Shown here piece after piece: positions 1 to 9,275 of a DNA stretch of 64,000 bases (position 1 is the stretch's first letter; the number at the start of each line of letters is the position of its first letter). The position numbers were made by a program, and so were the translations under genes. This DNA is from a virus, in the IMG/VR virus record IMGVR_UViG_3300009165_000006; one strand, written 5' to 3'. The notes under the pieces were generated by a model. It was not told the DNA's origin and did no database searches. It was given only the letters and a program-made list of their open reading frames with translations.

Positions 1-1572
1 AAGATCAACTTCAGGAAGGGCAGGATTCGACGGTCTTACACAGCTCTCTATGCGAAGAGGGACTCTCGTAGGGTTAGGCAAGGTAAGCTAGCTCTACCCT
101 CTTACCGTCATCACATGATGCGATTGAACAGTAATGCCGAGAGTGCCATCCTGGCAGTGATTTTCTTCGGTAAGGATTGGGTAGTGTTCGATCTTCGGGG
201 TCTACTTCGAAACGTTCGATGGCGTAACTTGTTTGTTGATGGGTCAACCCCCAGCACCTTGCTCGGCATGTTCGGGGATCCAGTGATTGACCCCAAGCGT
301 GGAGTTGTGGCCTTCTGCTACAAGGAGCAGATAGTCCCAGTTGTTTCGAAGTCGATCACGAAGATGGTCAAAGCACCGGAGTTATTGAACAAGCTCTACC
401 TAAAAAGTGAGGATCCCTTAGTTCTAGTGGCTATAGATCTAGGTCAAACTAACCCTGTGGGGGTTGGAGTCTATCGAGTGATGAATGCTAGCCTCGACTA
501 TGAGGTTGTTACTCGGTTCGCCTTGGAGTCGGAACTACTCCGTGAAATTGAGTCCTACCGACAGAGAACGAATGCATTCGAGGCTCAGATCAGAGCTGAG
601 ACTTTTGATGCAATGACTTCAGAAGAACAAGAGGAGATTACCCGGGTTAGGGCGTTCTCAGCATCGAAGGCGAAGGAGAATGTGTGCCATCGATTCGGAA
701 TGCCTGTTGATGCCGTGGATTGGGCTACAATGGGATCAAATACCATTCACATAGCCAAATGGGTGATGCGTCACGGTGACCCAAGTTTAGTTGAGGTGCT
801 CGAGTACAGAAAAGACAACGAGATCAAGCTAGATAAGAATGGGGTACCCAAGAAAGTCAAGTTGACGGACAAGAGGATTGCCAACCTGACCAGTATTAGA
901 TTGAGGTTCTCCCAAGAGACCAGCAAGCATTACAACGATACGATGTGGGAGCTGAGACGTAAGCATCCGGTCTACCAGAAGTTGTCCAAGAGCAAGGCAG
1001 ACTTCTCTCGTCGAGTGGTGAACTCCATTATTAGGAGGGTCAATCACCTAGTTCCACGAGCGAGGATTGTATTTATCATCGAGGATCTGAAGAACCTCGG
1101 CAAAGTGTTTCATGGAAGTGGAAAACGCGAGCTCGGTTGGGATTCCTACTTTGAACCAAAGAGTGAAAACCGATGGTTCATCCAGGTGCTTCATAAGGCT
1201 TTCAGCGAGACTGGTAAGCATAAGGGGTACTACATCATAGAGTGTTGGCCAAACTGGACTAGCTGCACATGCCCTAAGTGCAGTTGCTGTGACTCTGAGA
1301 ATCGCCATGGTGAGGTATTCCGGTGCTTAGCCTGCGGATATACTTGCAATACGGATTTTGGTACAGCCCCAGACAACCTAGTCAAAATTGCTACTACAGG
1401 TAAGGGTCTGCCCGGGCCGAAAAAGAGATGCAAAGGGTCCAGTAAGGGGAAAAACCCTAAGATCGCTCGATCGAGCGAAACCGGTGTATCTGTTACCGAA
1501 TCAGGTGCACCAAAGGTCAAAAAGAGTAGCCCAACTCAAACGAGTCAGAGCTCCTCGCAATCTGCGCCCTAA
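1..1572 (+). CDS. cas12j: Cas12j (CasPhi)-like RNA-guided nuclease, 5'-truncated by window edge
   Basis: Frame is open from nt 1. Colinear with CasPhi-2 as I recall it: DWVVFDLRGLLRNVRWR, LVAIDLGQTNP (RuvC-I D), IIEDL (RuvC-II E), GSGKRELGWD..ENRWFIQVLHKAFS, CPKC...CLACG..CNTD (Zn ribbon/RuvC-III). CRISPR array starts 33 nt downstream. Confidence 0.9.
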   Translation, partial: KINFRKGRIRRSYTALYAKRDSRRVRQGKLALPSYRHHMMRLNSNAESAILAVIFFGKDWVVFDLRGLLRNVRWRNLFVDGSTPSTLLGMFGDPVIDPKRGVVAFCYKEQIVPVVSKSITKMVKAPELLNKLYLKSEDPLVLVAIDLGQTNPVGVGVYRVMNASLDYEVVTRFALESELLREIESYRQRTNAFEAQIRAETFDAMTSEEQEEITRVRAFSASKAKENVCHRFGMPVDAVDWATMGSNTIHIAKWVMRHGDPSLVEVLEYRKDNEIKLDKNGVPKKVKLTDKRIANLTSIRLRFSQETSKHYNDTMWELRRKHPVYQKLSKSKADFSRRVVNSIIRRVNHLVPRARIVFIIEDLKNLGKVFHGSGKRELGWDSYFEPKSENRWFIQVLHKAFSETGKHKGYYIIECWPNWTSCTCPKCSCCDSENRHGEVFRCLACGYTCNTDFGTAPDNLVKIATTGKGLPGPKKRCKGSSKGKNPKIARSSETGVSVTESGAPKVKKSSPTQTSQSSSQSAP

Positions 1573-1604
1573 GTCACCTAGATCATTGATAACTCCAGGA
1601 GCTA

Positions 1605-1936
1605 GGATCCAATCCTTTTTGATTGCCCAATTCGTTGGGACTACCCCAAAAAGATCCACGAGGCCCGAGTGATCGACGGATCCAATCCTTTTTGATTGCC
1701 CAATTCGTTGGGACGATGACACTCTGGGTTCCCCAAGCCGGCCACGTTTTCCAAGGATCCAATCCTTTTTGATTGCCCAATTCGTTGGGACTAGGCACCT
1801 TCGGAGAGGTTCGACTGGGCAGCCTTGGATCCAATCCTTTTTGATTGCCCAATTCGTTGGGACATATCGCTTTGTCGGACGCTGAGTTCGAGATGATTAG
1901 GGATCCAACCCTTTTGATTGCCCAATTCGTTGGGAC
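1605..1936 (+). CRISPR. CRISPR array, 5 repeats / 4 spacers, CasPhi-type repeat
   Basis: 37-nt repeat GGATCCAATCCTTTTTGATTGCCCAATTCGTTGGGAC at 1605, 1678, 1755 and 1827. Degenerate 36-nt copy at 1901. Spacers are 36, 40, 35 and 37 nt. The 3' part (GATTGCCC..hairpin CCCAA/TTGGG..GGGAC) resembles the CasPhi-2 repeat end. Same strand as cas12j. Confidence 0.95.
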
Positions 1937-2452
1937 CAGTCTTATTCCTCCTACGAGCATTACACGGTCCTCGAGAACGTGGCCCTCGGTCTGAGGTACC
2001 GAGGGATCCCAAAGAAAGAACGAGAAGCCAAAGCCATGGAGATGATCGTCAAGGTCGGTCTCGAGGGGCATGAGCACAAGTTCGCCAAGTACCCGGACCT
2101 CTCAGGCGGGCAACTCCAACGTGTAGCCATTGCTCGAAGCATCGCCTACGACAGCCGGATCCTCCTAATGGACGAACCCTTTGGAGCCCTTGACCTCGAG
2201 ACTCGTAGCCAGATGCAGGAGATGATCGCTCAATTGTGGTTGAGCATCACCCCTACCATCATCATGGTGACCCATGACATTTCGGAGGCGGTCTACTTGG
2301 GTGATACCATCTATGTGATGGGTAGAAACCCTGGAAACCTCAAGAGGAGTTTCATCTCGCCTTTGCCTCTTGAGCGGAACAAAAGTATGAAACGTAGCCC
2401 TGAATTCACTCGAACTGTTCAAGATATCGAAGACTACATGTCCTCGATATGA
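1937..2452 (+). pseudogene. ABC transporter ATP-binding protein fragment (C-terminal ~170 aa, Walker A missing)
   Basis: In-frame translation starts directly after the last repeat at the Q-loop: QSYSSYEHYTVLENVALGL. Then the signature LSGGQLQRVAIARS, Walker B/D-loop ILLMDEPFGALD and H-loop MVTHD. No N-terminal P-loop region is present. Confidence 0.8.
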
Positions 2453-2484
2453 CTCTTTGCTCACCGAGGAAACGGCAAGACGAT

Positions 2485-3015
2485 TCAGACTTTCCTTCTC
2501 AAGTATTCAATTCGCTCTTGCGTTTTTTGGAGCTCTTCAGGTGAGTACATGTCGAGGTTGACTCTGAGATTGGTTTCGAGAGCTTCCAACTCTCTGCGAG
2601 CCTGGTATTTGGCTTCCGCGGCACGACTTCTGGGTTTAATCAGATACTGGATTTTCCCTTTTAGCTTACGCTTAGCTACGATAGTACCGATAGGGGTTTC
2701 GGTACCAATAGGGATAGATCTAAGAGTAAACGTGGGTCCGAAGTCACTATCGAAACCATGTCCCTCGATTTTGGCGTTTTCCTCTTGGATGAAGCATCCA
2801 TCTTTCCAAGGTTTGTCTGCCTCATCCTTTGGGATCCGCTCTGGTTTGCCAGGTCTACCGCTCTTTGAGAAGTACTGAACCTCTACGGTAGAGTCCAGGT
2901 AGCGCTGTTTAACCTTTTGCGCTTCAGCGTGTTTGTAATCCGACTCCCACTGCTGGTAAACCTTTTTGAGGTTTACCGGGCCTTTTTGGAGTGGACCGGC
3001 TTCGATGGAGATCAA
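2485..3015 (-). CDS. hypothetical protein (start uncertain)
   Basis: 176-aa ORF with TTG start, Lys/Glu-rich, no motif recognised. The upstream in-frame stretch lacks ATG. Lies between the two copies of the 63-nt ABC 3'-end repeat. Confidence 0.5.
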   Translation of the reverse strand: MISIEAGPLQKGPVNLKKVYQQWESDYKHAEAQKVKQRYLDSTVEVQYFSKSGRPGKPERIPKDEADKPWKDGCFIQEENAKIEGHGFDSDFGPTFTLRSIPIGTETPIGTIVAKRKLKGKIQYLIKPRSRAAEAKYQARRELEALETNLRVNLDMYSPEELQKTQERIEYLRRKV

Positions 3016-3211
3016 TCTTTGGATGCTTCCTGGGGCACCCTGTCCGAACTTCCCGTTATCATCAAACTCTGTATTCTCTAACTCCTATGAAAGTGGTCCA
3101 GTACTCACCTTGAGATGGGAGTGACTTAGCCTTGTCGACCAGAGCTTGGATAACTTCGCTTTTCACCTCCTAGTTGTAGTATAAGAACAAAAACTAGGTA
3201 CGTTCAAGGGC

Positions 3212-3274
3212 GAATTCACTCAAACTGTTCAAACCATCGAGGACTATGTGTCCTCGATGTAGTCCTTTGTTCAC
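3212..3274 (+). repeat. Second, diverged copy of the ABC-ATPase 3' end (direct repeat of 2402-2464)
   Basis: GAATTCACTCAAACTGTTCAAACCATCGAGGACTATGTGTCCTCGATGTAG... aligns with 2402-2464. It translates to EFTQTVQTIEDYVSSM*, versus EFTRTVQDIEDYMSSI* for copy 1. Confidence 0.8.
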
Positions 3275-3408
3275 ACATCGGAACGTTATCGAGAGCCACA
3301 GATCTTCAATCCAACTTTCAGTATGCCCCTTAGGCAAATTCTACTTATAATTGTTTCCGTTTGTCCTACTTAGAGGGACGGACACACTATAAGTCTAGAA
3401 AGGAAAGT

Positions 3409-4029
3409 ATGGGACTAGCTCATTTGAACATTTGGGTCCGGAATCGAAACTGTGACCTACTAACCGATATGTGGCGTACTGATTTGGTCATTCAAGCCTG
3501 TACCGGCACGTACCTGGTTGACATTTGGCCGGAGATCTTAAGCCAATTGCAGACTCGGTATCCTACTTACACGATACTGAGTCACTTCTACCAAGGGGCT
3601 CAACGGATCATGATGATGCCGCCGTCAGGGACCTTCTTCAATCACATTGAGGTTGATATCCCTCCTGGCTGTTACAAGGTGTGGACTCGTTGCTGTCACG
3701 GACAGAACGAGGAGACCTCAGTTCAGTTGATCTCTCCACGATGCGGGGAGGAAGCTTGCGTGAATCTGTTGCTGCCGTCTCTCAAGGTATGTGCCCAACA
3801 GATTGTGCACCCGCTCATCGACCATATCGCTGTTCAGGGGGCCTTCCCGGCGGTGGCTGATAGGCTCGTCATTCTGAAAGGGGTGATGTACGCAGGGGAC
3901 ATTGGTCGAGCCCTTTTGCTTGAGCAGTTGCAGTACCGCTTGTCTGAGGCTGTGGCGAAGGGAGACACGGCTCTGCAGGCTCGTGTCAATGCCGTGATAG
4001 CTCTTGCCGATCAGCTTCCAGCTTGCTGA
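3409..4029 (+). CDS. hypothetical protein
   Basis: ORF track 3361..4029. I prefer the ATG at 3409, preceded by AGGAAAG. Cys-rich middle, no family recognised. Confidence 0.6.
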   Translation: MGLAHLNIWVRNRNCDLLTDMWRTDLVIQACTGTYLVDIWPEILSQLQTRYPTYTILSHFYQGAQRIMMMPPSGTFFNHIEVDIPPGCYKVWTRCCHGQNEETSVQLISPRCGEEACVNLLLPSLKVCAQQIVHPLIDHIAVQGAFPAVADRLVILKGVMYAGDIGRALLLEQLQYRLSEAVAKGDTALQARVNAVIALADQLPAC

Positions 4030-4048
4030 TAGTTTGCATCGGAATGTT

Positions 4049-4078
4049 GAAGGGGTCCCTCTGAGTGGGGTCCCCTTC
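4049..4078 (+). terminator. stem-loop downstream of 3409..4029
   Basis: GAAGGGG (4049-4055) pairs with CCCCTTC (4072-4078), 16-nt loop, followed by GCATTT. Weak U-tract. Confidence 0.35.
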
Positions 4079-4281
4079 GCATTTAACACGCTGGCTGTAC
4101 AGTGGTTCGGGACGATATCTCGGGGACTGCGAAGGAGCTACGGGAGTCAGCGGCATCATCTTTGAGCGAGTAGCCTCGATCTCGATCTCGACTGGTCATT
4201 GACTTTACCAGGTCAGAGAAAGCGTGCTACGGTGCGAAGACGTCAAGGGCCGAATATCCTGAACTCACCCTGTAAAACATC

Positions 4282-4569
4282 ATGATCGAAGTACATATTG
4301 ACTTAAACTTATTCGAGATCACTCGAACAGAGGGGGTTCCAGACAACCCTCACGAAAATATCTACTTGGAATTGATCTCTATCCTCTGGAGTGTCAAGGA
4401 ACAAGCTTCAAACTCCTTGGTACTTTTAGCCCTCGGCTCTTACCTGACTCAGAAGTACCCATCAATCCCATGGAAGGTCGTAGCCTTCGTTGACAATGTT
4501 GAGGTGAGTCGACTCGAGTTCCAAAGCTTGGATGAGAGTGCTCCAATCTCCCGCCTAAGATCCGGTTAG
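4282..4569 (+). CDS. hypothetical protein
   Basis: 95-aa ORF, ATG start, no motif recognised. Confidence 0.5.
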   Translation: MIEVHIDLNLFEITRTEGVPDNPHENIYLELISILWSVKEQASNSLVLLALGSYLTQKYPSIPWKVVAFVDNVEVSRLEFQSLDESAPISRLRSG

Positions 4570-4599
4570 GTCTAAACAGATCGGTGTATTTAGACCACT

Positions 4600-5082
4600 A
4601 TGCCAGAAAGTACCATTCCAACTCTCGCAGTACTCGAAGTTGTGGGTTTTGACCAATTCCGTGAGGTAGTAGCCGTCAAGGAATCAGGTTCAAATCGAGT
4701 AAAGTACCTCACCGCTGTGAGTGGTTCTCAGAAGTCATTCGTCGATGTTAGGACTAAGAATGGTCAGATCTTTCGACTTCCAGTAGATCAAGATAGCTAT
4801 GAAGCTATCTGCGAGGATACAATGTCCAACAAAGGTAGTCGTCAAATCAAGAACGTATCTGGGCACCCGCTTCCTAGCTCCTATGCGCGAGATCGAGCTA
4901 AGGAGTATCAAGAGAGGTATGGGTCTCTTGATTCTATCGACTTCAAACGAGCGTGGGCTGAGGCTCAGATGCTCGACTCCACACTACCCCCGAACCCTCC
5001 CAAATATGTCCCTGAGGAAGCTCAGAAGGCCATCACTCTACTGGCTCGGAGAATTCTCAAACTCGAATCGGAGTGGTCATGA
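4600..5082 (+). CDS. hypothetical protein
   Basis: 160-aa ORF, ATG start, protein-like composition. Confidence 0.6.
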   Translation: MPESTIPTLAVLEVVGFDQFREVVAVKESGSNRVKYLTAVSGSQKSFVDVRTKNGQIFRLPVDQDSYEAICEDTMSNKGSRQIKNVSGHPLPSSYARDRAKEYQERYGSLDSIDFKRAWAEAQMLDSTLPPNPPKYVPEEAQKAITLLARRILKLESEWS

Positions 5083-5127
5083 TAGAGACTGCGTGTACTT
5101 GAATGCCAAGTTTGGCCCAGGAAATTC

Positions 5128-5553
5128 ATGCTCCTCTCAAGCCCCCAACGTTTGACTTGGATTTACCTCGTGTTCCAGGATACTCCACCAACATGTGGGG
5201 AGTACGTCGACCCAAAGGGAATCCACTGGCATGTTCGAAACGTGATCCGGGAGCCTGGAGTTGTCCTGCGAGAACCAGCCCCACCGGCATGGTATGTCGA
5301 GATAGCTGCGGACCACCCAGCTTACCAGCTCGAACCCGGATGGGAGCTCCGAAGGTTCTTTAGGCCCGACGAGATTGCTCTTCACCGAGAGCACCTGACG
5401 AACAGCATTCGAAGGATGAGGATCCCAGGATTCGAGTTCGTTGGAGTCTCAGAGGATGAACTCACTCTCGTGGCCAACTTTCAAGGAGTCACTAAGGCTT
5501 CAGGAGTCCCTGATGAGATCGATGGAATGCCGGTTACCATCAATTTCAGGTGA
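5128..5553 (+). CDS. hypothetical protein
   Basis: 141-aa ORF. The competing frame 5103..5363 is Pro/Arg-rich and looks spurious. Confidence 0.5.
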   Translation: MLLSSPQRLTWIYLVFQDTPPTCGEYVDPKGIHWHVRNVIREPGVVLREPAPPAWYVEIAADHPAYQLEPGWELRRFFRPDEIALHREHLTNSIRRMRIPGFEFVGVSEDELTLVANFQGVTKASGVPDEIDGMPVTINFR

Positions 5554-5557
5554 AATC

Positions 5558-5797
5558 ATGAGCTGCAAGTACGAGATAACCATCCTACACCCCAAGTATC
5601 GTGATGATGTAATGGTGTGGAACACAGTATTTAGGTCCGATACATTAACATTGACTGTTCTCAAGCGAAAGATTGATATTGCTCATGAGCTTGGTTTACC
5701 GACGACTGCAGCATATAGTAAAGGTAGTCTAGGTACTGGGAAAATCGTTGAGATGTTTGGTGAGCCTCAGTTCTTCGAGGTGGTAAAGGTTTCCTAG
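5558..5797 (+). CDS. hypothetical protein
   Basis: ATG at 5558, 5 nt after the previous stop (track ORF 5441..5797, internal start MSCKYEITIL). Confidence 0.5.
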   Translation: MSCKYEITILHPKYRDDVMVWNTVFRSDTLTLTVLKRKIDIAHELGLPTTAAYSKGSLGTGKIVEMFGEPQFFEVVKVS

Positions 5798-5825
5798 GTT
5801 ATACAAGCGTCCGGATCTGTCAGCT

Positions 5826-6221
5826 CTACGGTAATACGCTCTGGGGGACTTTAGAGGTATCGTTACGCACCTCCCAGGATACCTCTCCCTCGTCTAACCA
5901 CTTGTAGAAGACCTGGCCTCTTCCGACTTGGTTTCGAACAAGATTTGGCTCACCAAGGTGCACCAAGGCCAAGCAATCATCGGGTACCCCTCTGGACATA
6001 TAGATCTTGGCTCCACGGAAGGTTCCCATGAATCCGATCTTCAGCGAAGCAGGATTCGATTCGGACTCAATCGTGTAGATGTCTCTTCCCCATTTGCGGA
6101 TGTCAGCATATGTACAAGGAGACACCCAGACGTATTCAATCTCAGGAGTTAGCATTCCTCCGAGGATATCAGGAGTTAGCACGTAGGCTCGTTTGACTTC
6201 TTCTCTTTCGATGATGACCAT
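5826..6221 (-). CDS. hypothetical protein
   Basis: 131-aa ORF, ATG start. Confidence 0.6.
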   Translation of the reverse strand: MVIIEREEVKRAYVLTPDILGGMLTPEIEYVWVSPCTYADIRKWGRDIYTIESESNPASLKIGFMGTFRGAKIYMSRGVPDDCLALVHLGEPNLVRNQVGRGQVFYKWLDEGEVSWEVRNDTSKVPQSVLP

Positions 6222-6273
6222 AAGTAGTACCTACACTGATTCAGATGACCCGTTCACAATAATGGCAAGGGCA

Positions 6274-6819
6274 TCACTTCCGTTCTCCAGGTTGACCACA
6301 GACTAAGCACTCATCGGGACATCGATCCTCATCATGATTGTACAAACAACTTCGAGTTGGACTCTTGACGCACTTATGAGTGCCTTCAACTAAGACTGTA
6401 CCTTCAGGCAAACCAAGCTGCTCAGCAGCATACTTCATCAAGTCCGCGTGTACAGATTCGTACCTCGAGAGGGCTTCTTTGAAGTTCTCCCAGGTTCTCC
6501 GACTCTCCCAGTAGACCTCAGGGAGCCGAGATTCTCCCCCCAAGAGGTCGATGGCATAGAGGATCTCTCGGCGAACTCTCTTGTTGATCCTAAGGTTCTG
6601 GCAATCTATTTCGTCCAAAGCCTCAATCAGTGCAGCCTCAGTAGCCCCTACAGGTTTTCTCCCGAGTCGGACAACGGGTATCCCTTTGTCAGCAAAGACT
6701 TTGGCCACGTCCTCACTGATGGTGAATGAGCGGATGACTCGTGGGGCTCCCTCAGGGTACTCTGCACGAAGGCGCCAGTTGGTCTCTTGATTCGGGACTG
6801 GTGGGATGAGGTAGATCAT
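6274..6819 (-). CDS. hypothetical protein with C-terminal Cys cluster
   Basis: Track ORF 6274..6870. ATG at 6819 preferred (MIYLIPP...). C-terminus CPDECLVCG. Confidence 0.55.
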   Translation of the reverse strand: MIYLIPPVPNQETNWRLRAEYPEGAPRVIRSFTISEDVAKVFADKGIPVVRLGRKPVGATEAALIEALDEIDCQNLRINKRVRREILYAIDLLGGESRLPEVYWESRRTWENFKEALSRYESVHADLMKYAAEQLGLPEGTVLVEGTHKCVKSPTRSCLYNHDEDRCPDECLVCGQPGERK

Positions 6820-6910
6820 AAAAGTAGGCTGAGTGCTCAATAACCCTTGGCACCAGAGAGCATACACCAAGAACTTGCTGTTTCCTAGTCATTCAAGTAC
6901 ATTCCGGGGC

Positions 6911-7297
6911 ATGCCAGAATTCAGTGCCGGAGATATTGTTCGAGTAGTCCGTCAGCCAGAGCACCTGATTGTTCAGGTCGTGGGTAAAGTCGGGTTCCTT
7001 ACTAGCTTGACCGCAACCCATGCTGAGTTTACAGGTTTGAATTTAGATGGGTCCTACTCAGGGGGCATTACAACCCAACTTGATTGCCTGGAGCCTGAGA
7101 CCTCCCCTCAGTGGGTTGAAGCCAAAAGGCTTCGAGATGAGGCTTTCAAAAAGACCATAGCCGAGAGTATAGCTCGTGCTGAAAGATACAATGCCAGGAT
7201 GTTCGAACTGTCGGTCAAGTACGGAATCTCGGTGGAGCATGTGAAGGCATTGTTTTCTGACCTAACGTACCTCAATCGTCAGGGTTGGTGGCCGTAA
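6911..7297 (+). CDS. hypothetical protein
   Basis: Track ORF 6833..7297. ATG at 6911 (MPEFSAGDIV...). Confidence 0.55.
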   Translation: MPEFSAGDIVRVVRQPEHLIVQVVGKVGFLTSLTATHAEFTGLNLDGSYSGGITTQLDCLEPETSPQWVEAKRLRDEAFKKTIAESIARAERYNARMFELSVKYGISVEHVKALFSDLTYLNRQGWWP

Positions 7298-7392
7298 GTT
7301 CAGATTTTCAGTTGAACATCAGACCGCTTGTACGTAATAGGAGTTGGCCTGACCAGGTTTTGAGCAAAGCTCAGTCATTCGAGGAGAAGAGT

Positions 7393-7737
7393 ATGAGGAA
7401 TCGAGTATCGCGTGGGTTTACCGTTATAGAGGTGATCATCTGCGTGGCTCTGCTTGGGGTTTTCGCGGTCTTAATTGGGATGCAAGTCATCACGTGGTCA
7501 TCATCTCAGGGCTTGGCCGAAGAAGAAGCCCGAAACTACGCCGCGAAGATGGATAGGACTCTCAAGGGCGTCTCCTGTATGAACCGTGACATAGACGGGG
7601 ATGGTTACGTCTCGTGTACTCTCAACGTGGTCGAGAAAGACGGCTCCCTCTCCCGGGTTCCGATCGAATGCGCGGCCAAATGGACCTACAACAACGAAGG
7701 TTGCAAGGAAGCCTTCGTGAATGTGCTACGAAAGTAA
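7393..7737 (+). CDS. prepilin-type N-terminal cleavage/methylation domain protein (type IV pilin / pseudopilin-like)
   Basis: ATG at 7393 after GAGGAGAAGAGT. N-terminus MRNRVSRG/FTVIEVIICVALLGVFAVLIGM matches the class III signal (G|FT.IE plus hydrophobic helix). Confidence 0.65.
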   Translation: MRNRVSRGFTVIEVIICVALLGVFAVLIGMQVITWSSSQGLAEEEARNYAAKMDRTLKGVSCMNRDIDGDGYVSCTLNVVEKDGSLSRVPIECAAKWTYNNEGCKEAFVNVLRK

Positions 7738-7740
7738 CCC

Positions 7741-8190
7741 ATGGTCGTCAAGTTGGGTTCGGAAAGTGGGTTTGACCTCATCCAAGTACCGGTTTCACGT
7801 CTTTCTGAGATGTGTGACGTTACTCACGGGATAACCCCATGGGGTTATCCGATAAACCCCGAAGAGATTCGGGAAGCTGTAAGTGCCGGTCGAGTAGCGC
7901 CTAAACCCAGAAGGGGATTCCCCGGGTGGCCTACAGAGAGGAAGCGGCAGTATCACATCAAACGCGTGGCCTACTTGGTAATGAACGGATGGTATGATCC
8001 GATTGAGATCGACGTAGGGGTACCAAGCCTGAATTGTTACATTGACTGGCCTATCGTGGACGGAAATCACAGGTTCTATGCGTCTATCGTCCGAGAAGAT
8101 CCTTTCATTCTAGCGGTAATCAGCGGTGAGCTTGACTATGCTGAGGAGGTTCTTGGAGTTAAGTCAAGGGCGACATTGTCGCCCTTGTAG
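7741..8190 (+). CDS. ParB N-terminal/sulfiredoxin-fold nuclease-like protein
   Basis: 149-aa ORF containing WPIVDGNHRFYA (DG.HR motif typical of ParB-like nuclease domains). Confidence 0.45.
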   Translation: MVVKLGSESGFDLIQVPVSRLSEMCDVTHGITPWGYPINPEEIREAVSAGRVAPKPRRGFPGWPTERKRQYHIKRVAYLVMNGWYDPIEIDVGVPSLNCYIDWPIVDGNHRFYASIVREDPFILAVISGELDYAEEVLGVKSRATLSPL

Positions 8191-8272
8191 GTCCCTCATG
8201 CTCTAGGACGGTCGGACTTAAGTTCAAACTTCGATATTTATTGGCATCCCAGTTGAGTTTTGAGTAGGCTTA

Positions 8273-8282
8273 CGCGTAATAC
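8273..8282 (+). promoter_or_regulatory. CGCGTAATAC start-proximal motif
   Basis: CGCGTAATAC, then a 5-nt spacer (TGGGC), then the ATG at 8288. Member of the TGCGTAATA(G/C) motif family. Confidence 0.45.
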
Positions 8283-8287
8283 TGGGC

Positions 8288-9223
8288 ATGGCAAGCAACA
8301 TCAACTACAAGCAACTTCGGGATGGCACGTGGGGAGTTCAGGGGCGCAATCTTGTGACAGGCCGGACCGTGACGGTCACGAAGAAATCTGGTGAGACCAA
8401 GCAAGAAATAGTGGGAGAGATTGTTTGGAAAGGTACTGACGGCTTCTGCTACGCTAGAATTGCCGAACAGGGTGTTTCCTCTAAGTCTTCGACCCGTAGC
8501 AGCTCTACTCGAGGTAGTTCTACTCGTACCACTTCTACCCGGCGAAGCAGCCGGAAAAGCGGTAAGAAAGAGGGCGCCCAAGAGGGCAAATACTCATCAT
8601 CCCGCGAGGGCGATACGGGGGACGAGATCGGGAGAGTCTGCTTCCTCCGTGCGGGTGGAAACCGCATTCCAGTTGTTGTAGTGGGGTGGCAGACGGGCTA
8701 CTGTAGTGAAGATGGTCTCTCCTTTGGGTTACCAATGGATGATGGGTACTACACGGTTTCGTATTACAGAGACGCAACCGAGGAAGAGGCTACTGCACTT
8801 GCCTCCAAGGAAGCTGCTGCGAAGGCTGCGAAGGACTCAGCGGCCCAACAGGCCAAGGATGCTCGGATGGCAGCGGAGACGGCTGCTCGGGCACCTCTCG
8901 CAGGCCTTACGCGAAGTGATAGCTTGAGCACCCCTGCAGGTACCAAGACCTCGGTTGGTACCTACAAGAGTGAGCACGGGTGGGACATTAGCATCACCCG
9001 GGTCGAGATGGGTGATGCTAATGTGGTCTACATCGAGAGTGCCTACGGCTTCGACGACAGCCGAGAGTACCTCTGGGGCACTCCCGAGGTTCTTGCCACC
9101 CTCTACGAAGCCAGACTTGCTGAGCGTTCAATCAGCAAAGAAGAGGCTCAAGAGTACTTGTCCAAGTACTCGGGTTGCTATGGAGCAGACATCTACAAGT
9201 ACGTAGTCGCGCGAGGTGAGTGA
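8288..9223 (+). CDS. hypothetical protein with Ser/Thr/Arg-rich linker
   Basis: 311-aa ORF. Low-complexity SSTRSSSTRGSSTRTTSTRRSSRKS segment between two globular-looking halves. Confidence 0.7.
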   Translation: MASNINYKQLRDGTWGVQGRNLVTGRTVTVTKKSGETKQEIVGEIVWKGTDGFCYARIAEQGVSSKSSTRSSSTRGSSTRTTSTRRSSRKSGKKEGAQEGKYSSSREGDTGDEIGRVCFLRAGGNRIPVVVVGWQTGYCSEDGLSFGLPMDDGYYTVSYYRDATEEEATALASKEAAAKAAKDSAAQQAKDARMAAETAARAPLAGLTRSDSLSTPAGTKTSVGTYKSEHGWDISITRVEMGDANVVYIESAYGFDDSREYLWGTPEVLATLYEARLAERSISKEEAQEYLSKYSGCYGADIYKYVVARGE

Positions 9224-9275
9224 GAAGCTGCTCGATGCCTTGACTCCGCCCAGCACAACGGTGTAGCTGACTTCC

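Noticed and set aside
8449-8560. Short periodic repeats (TCTACTCG/AGCAGC...) that looked like a microsatellite or mini-array.
   Set aside because: They are codon-level repeats encoding the SSTRSSSTRGSSTRTTSTRR linker inside a continuous ORF. There is no unique spacer structure.
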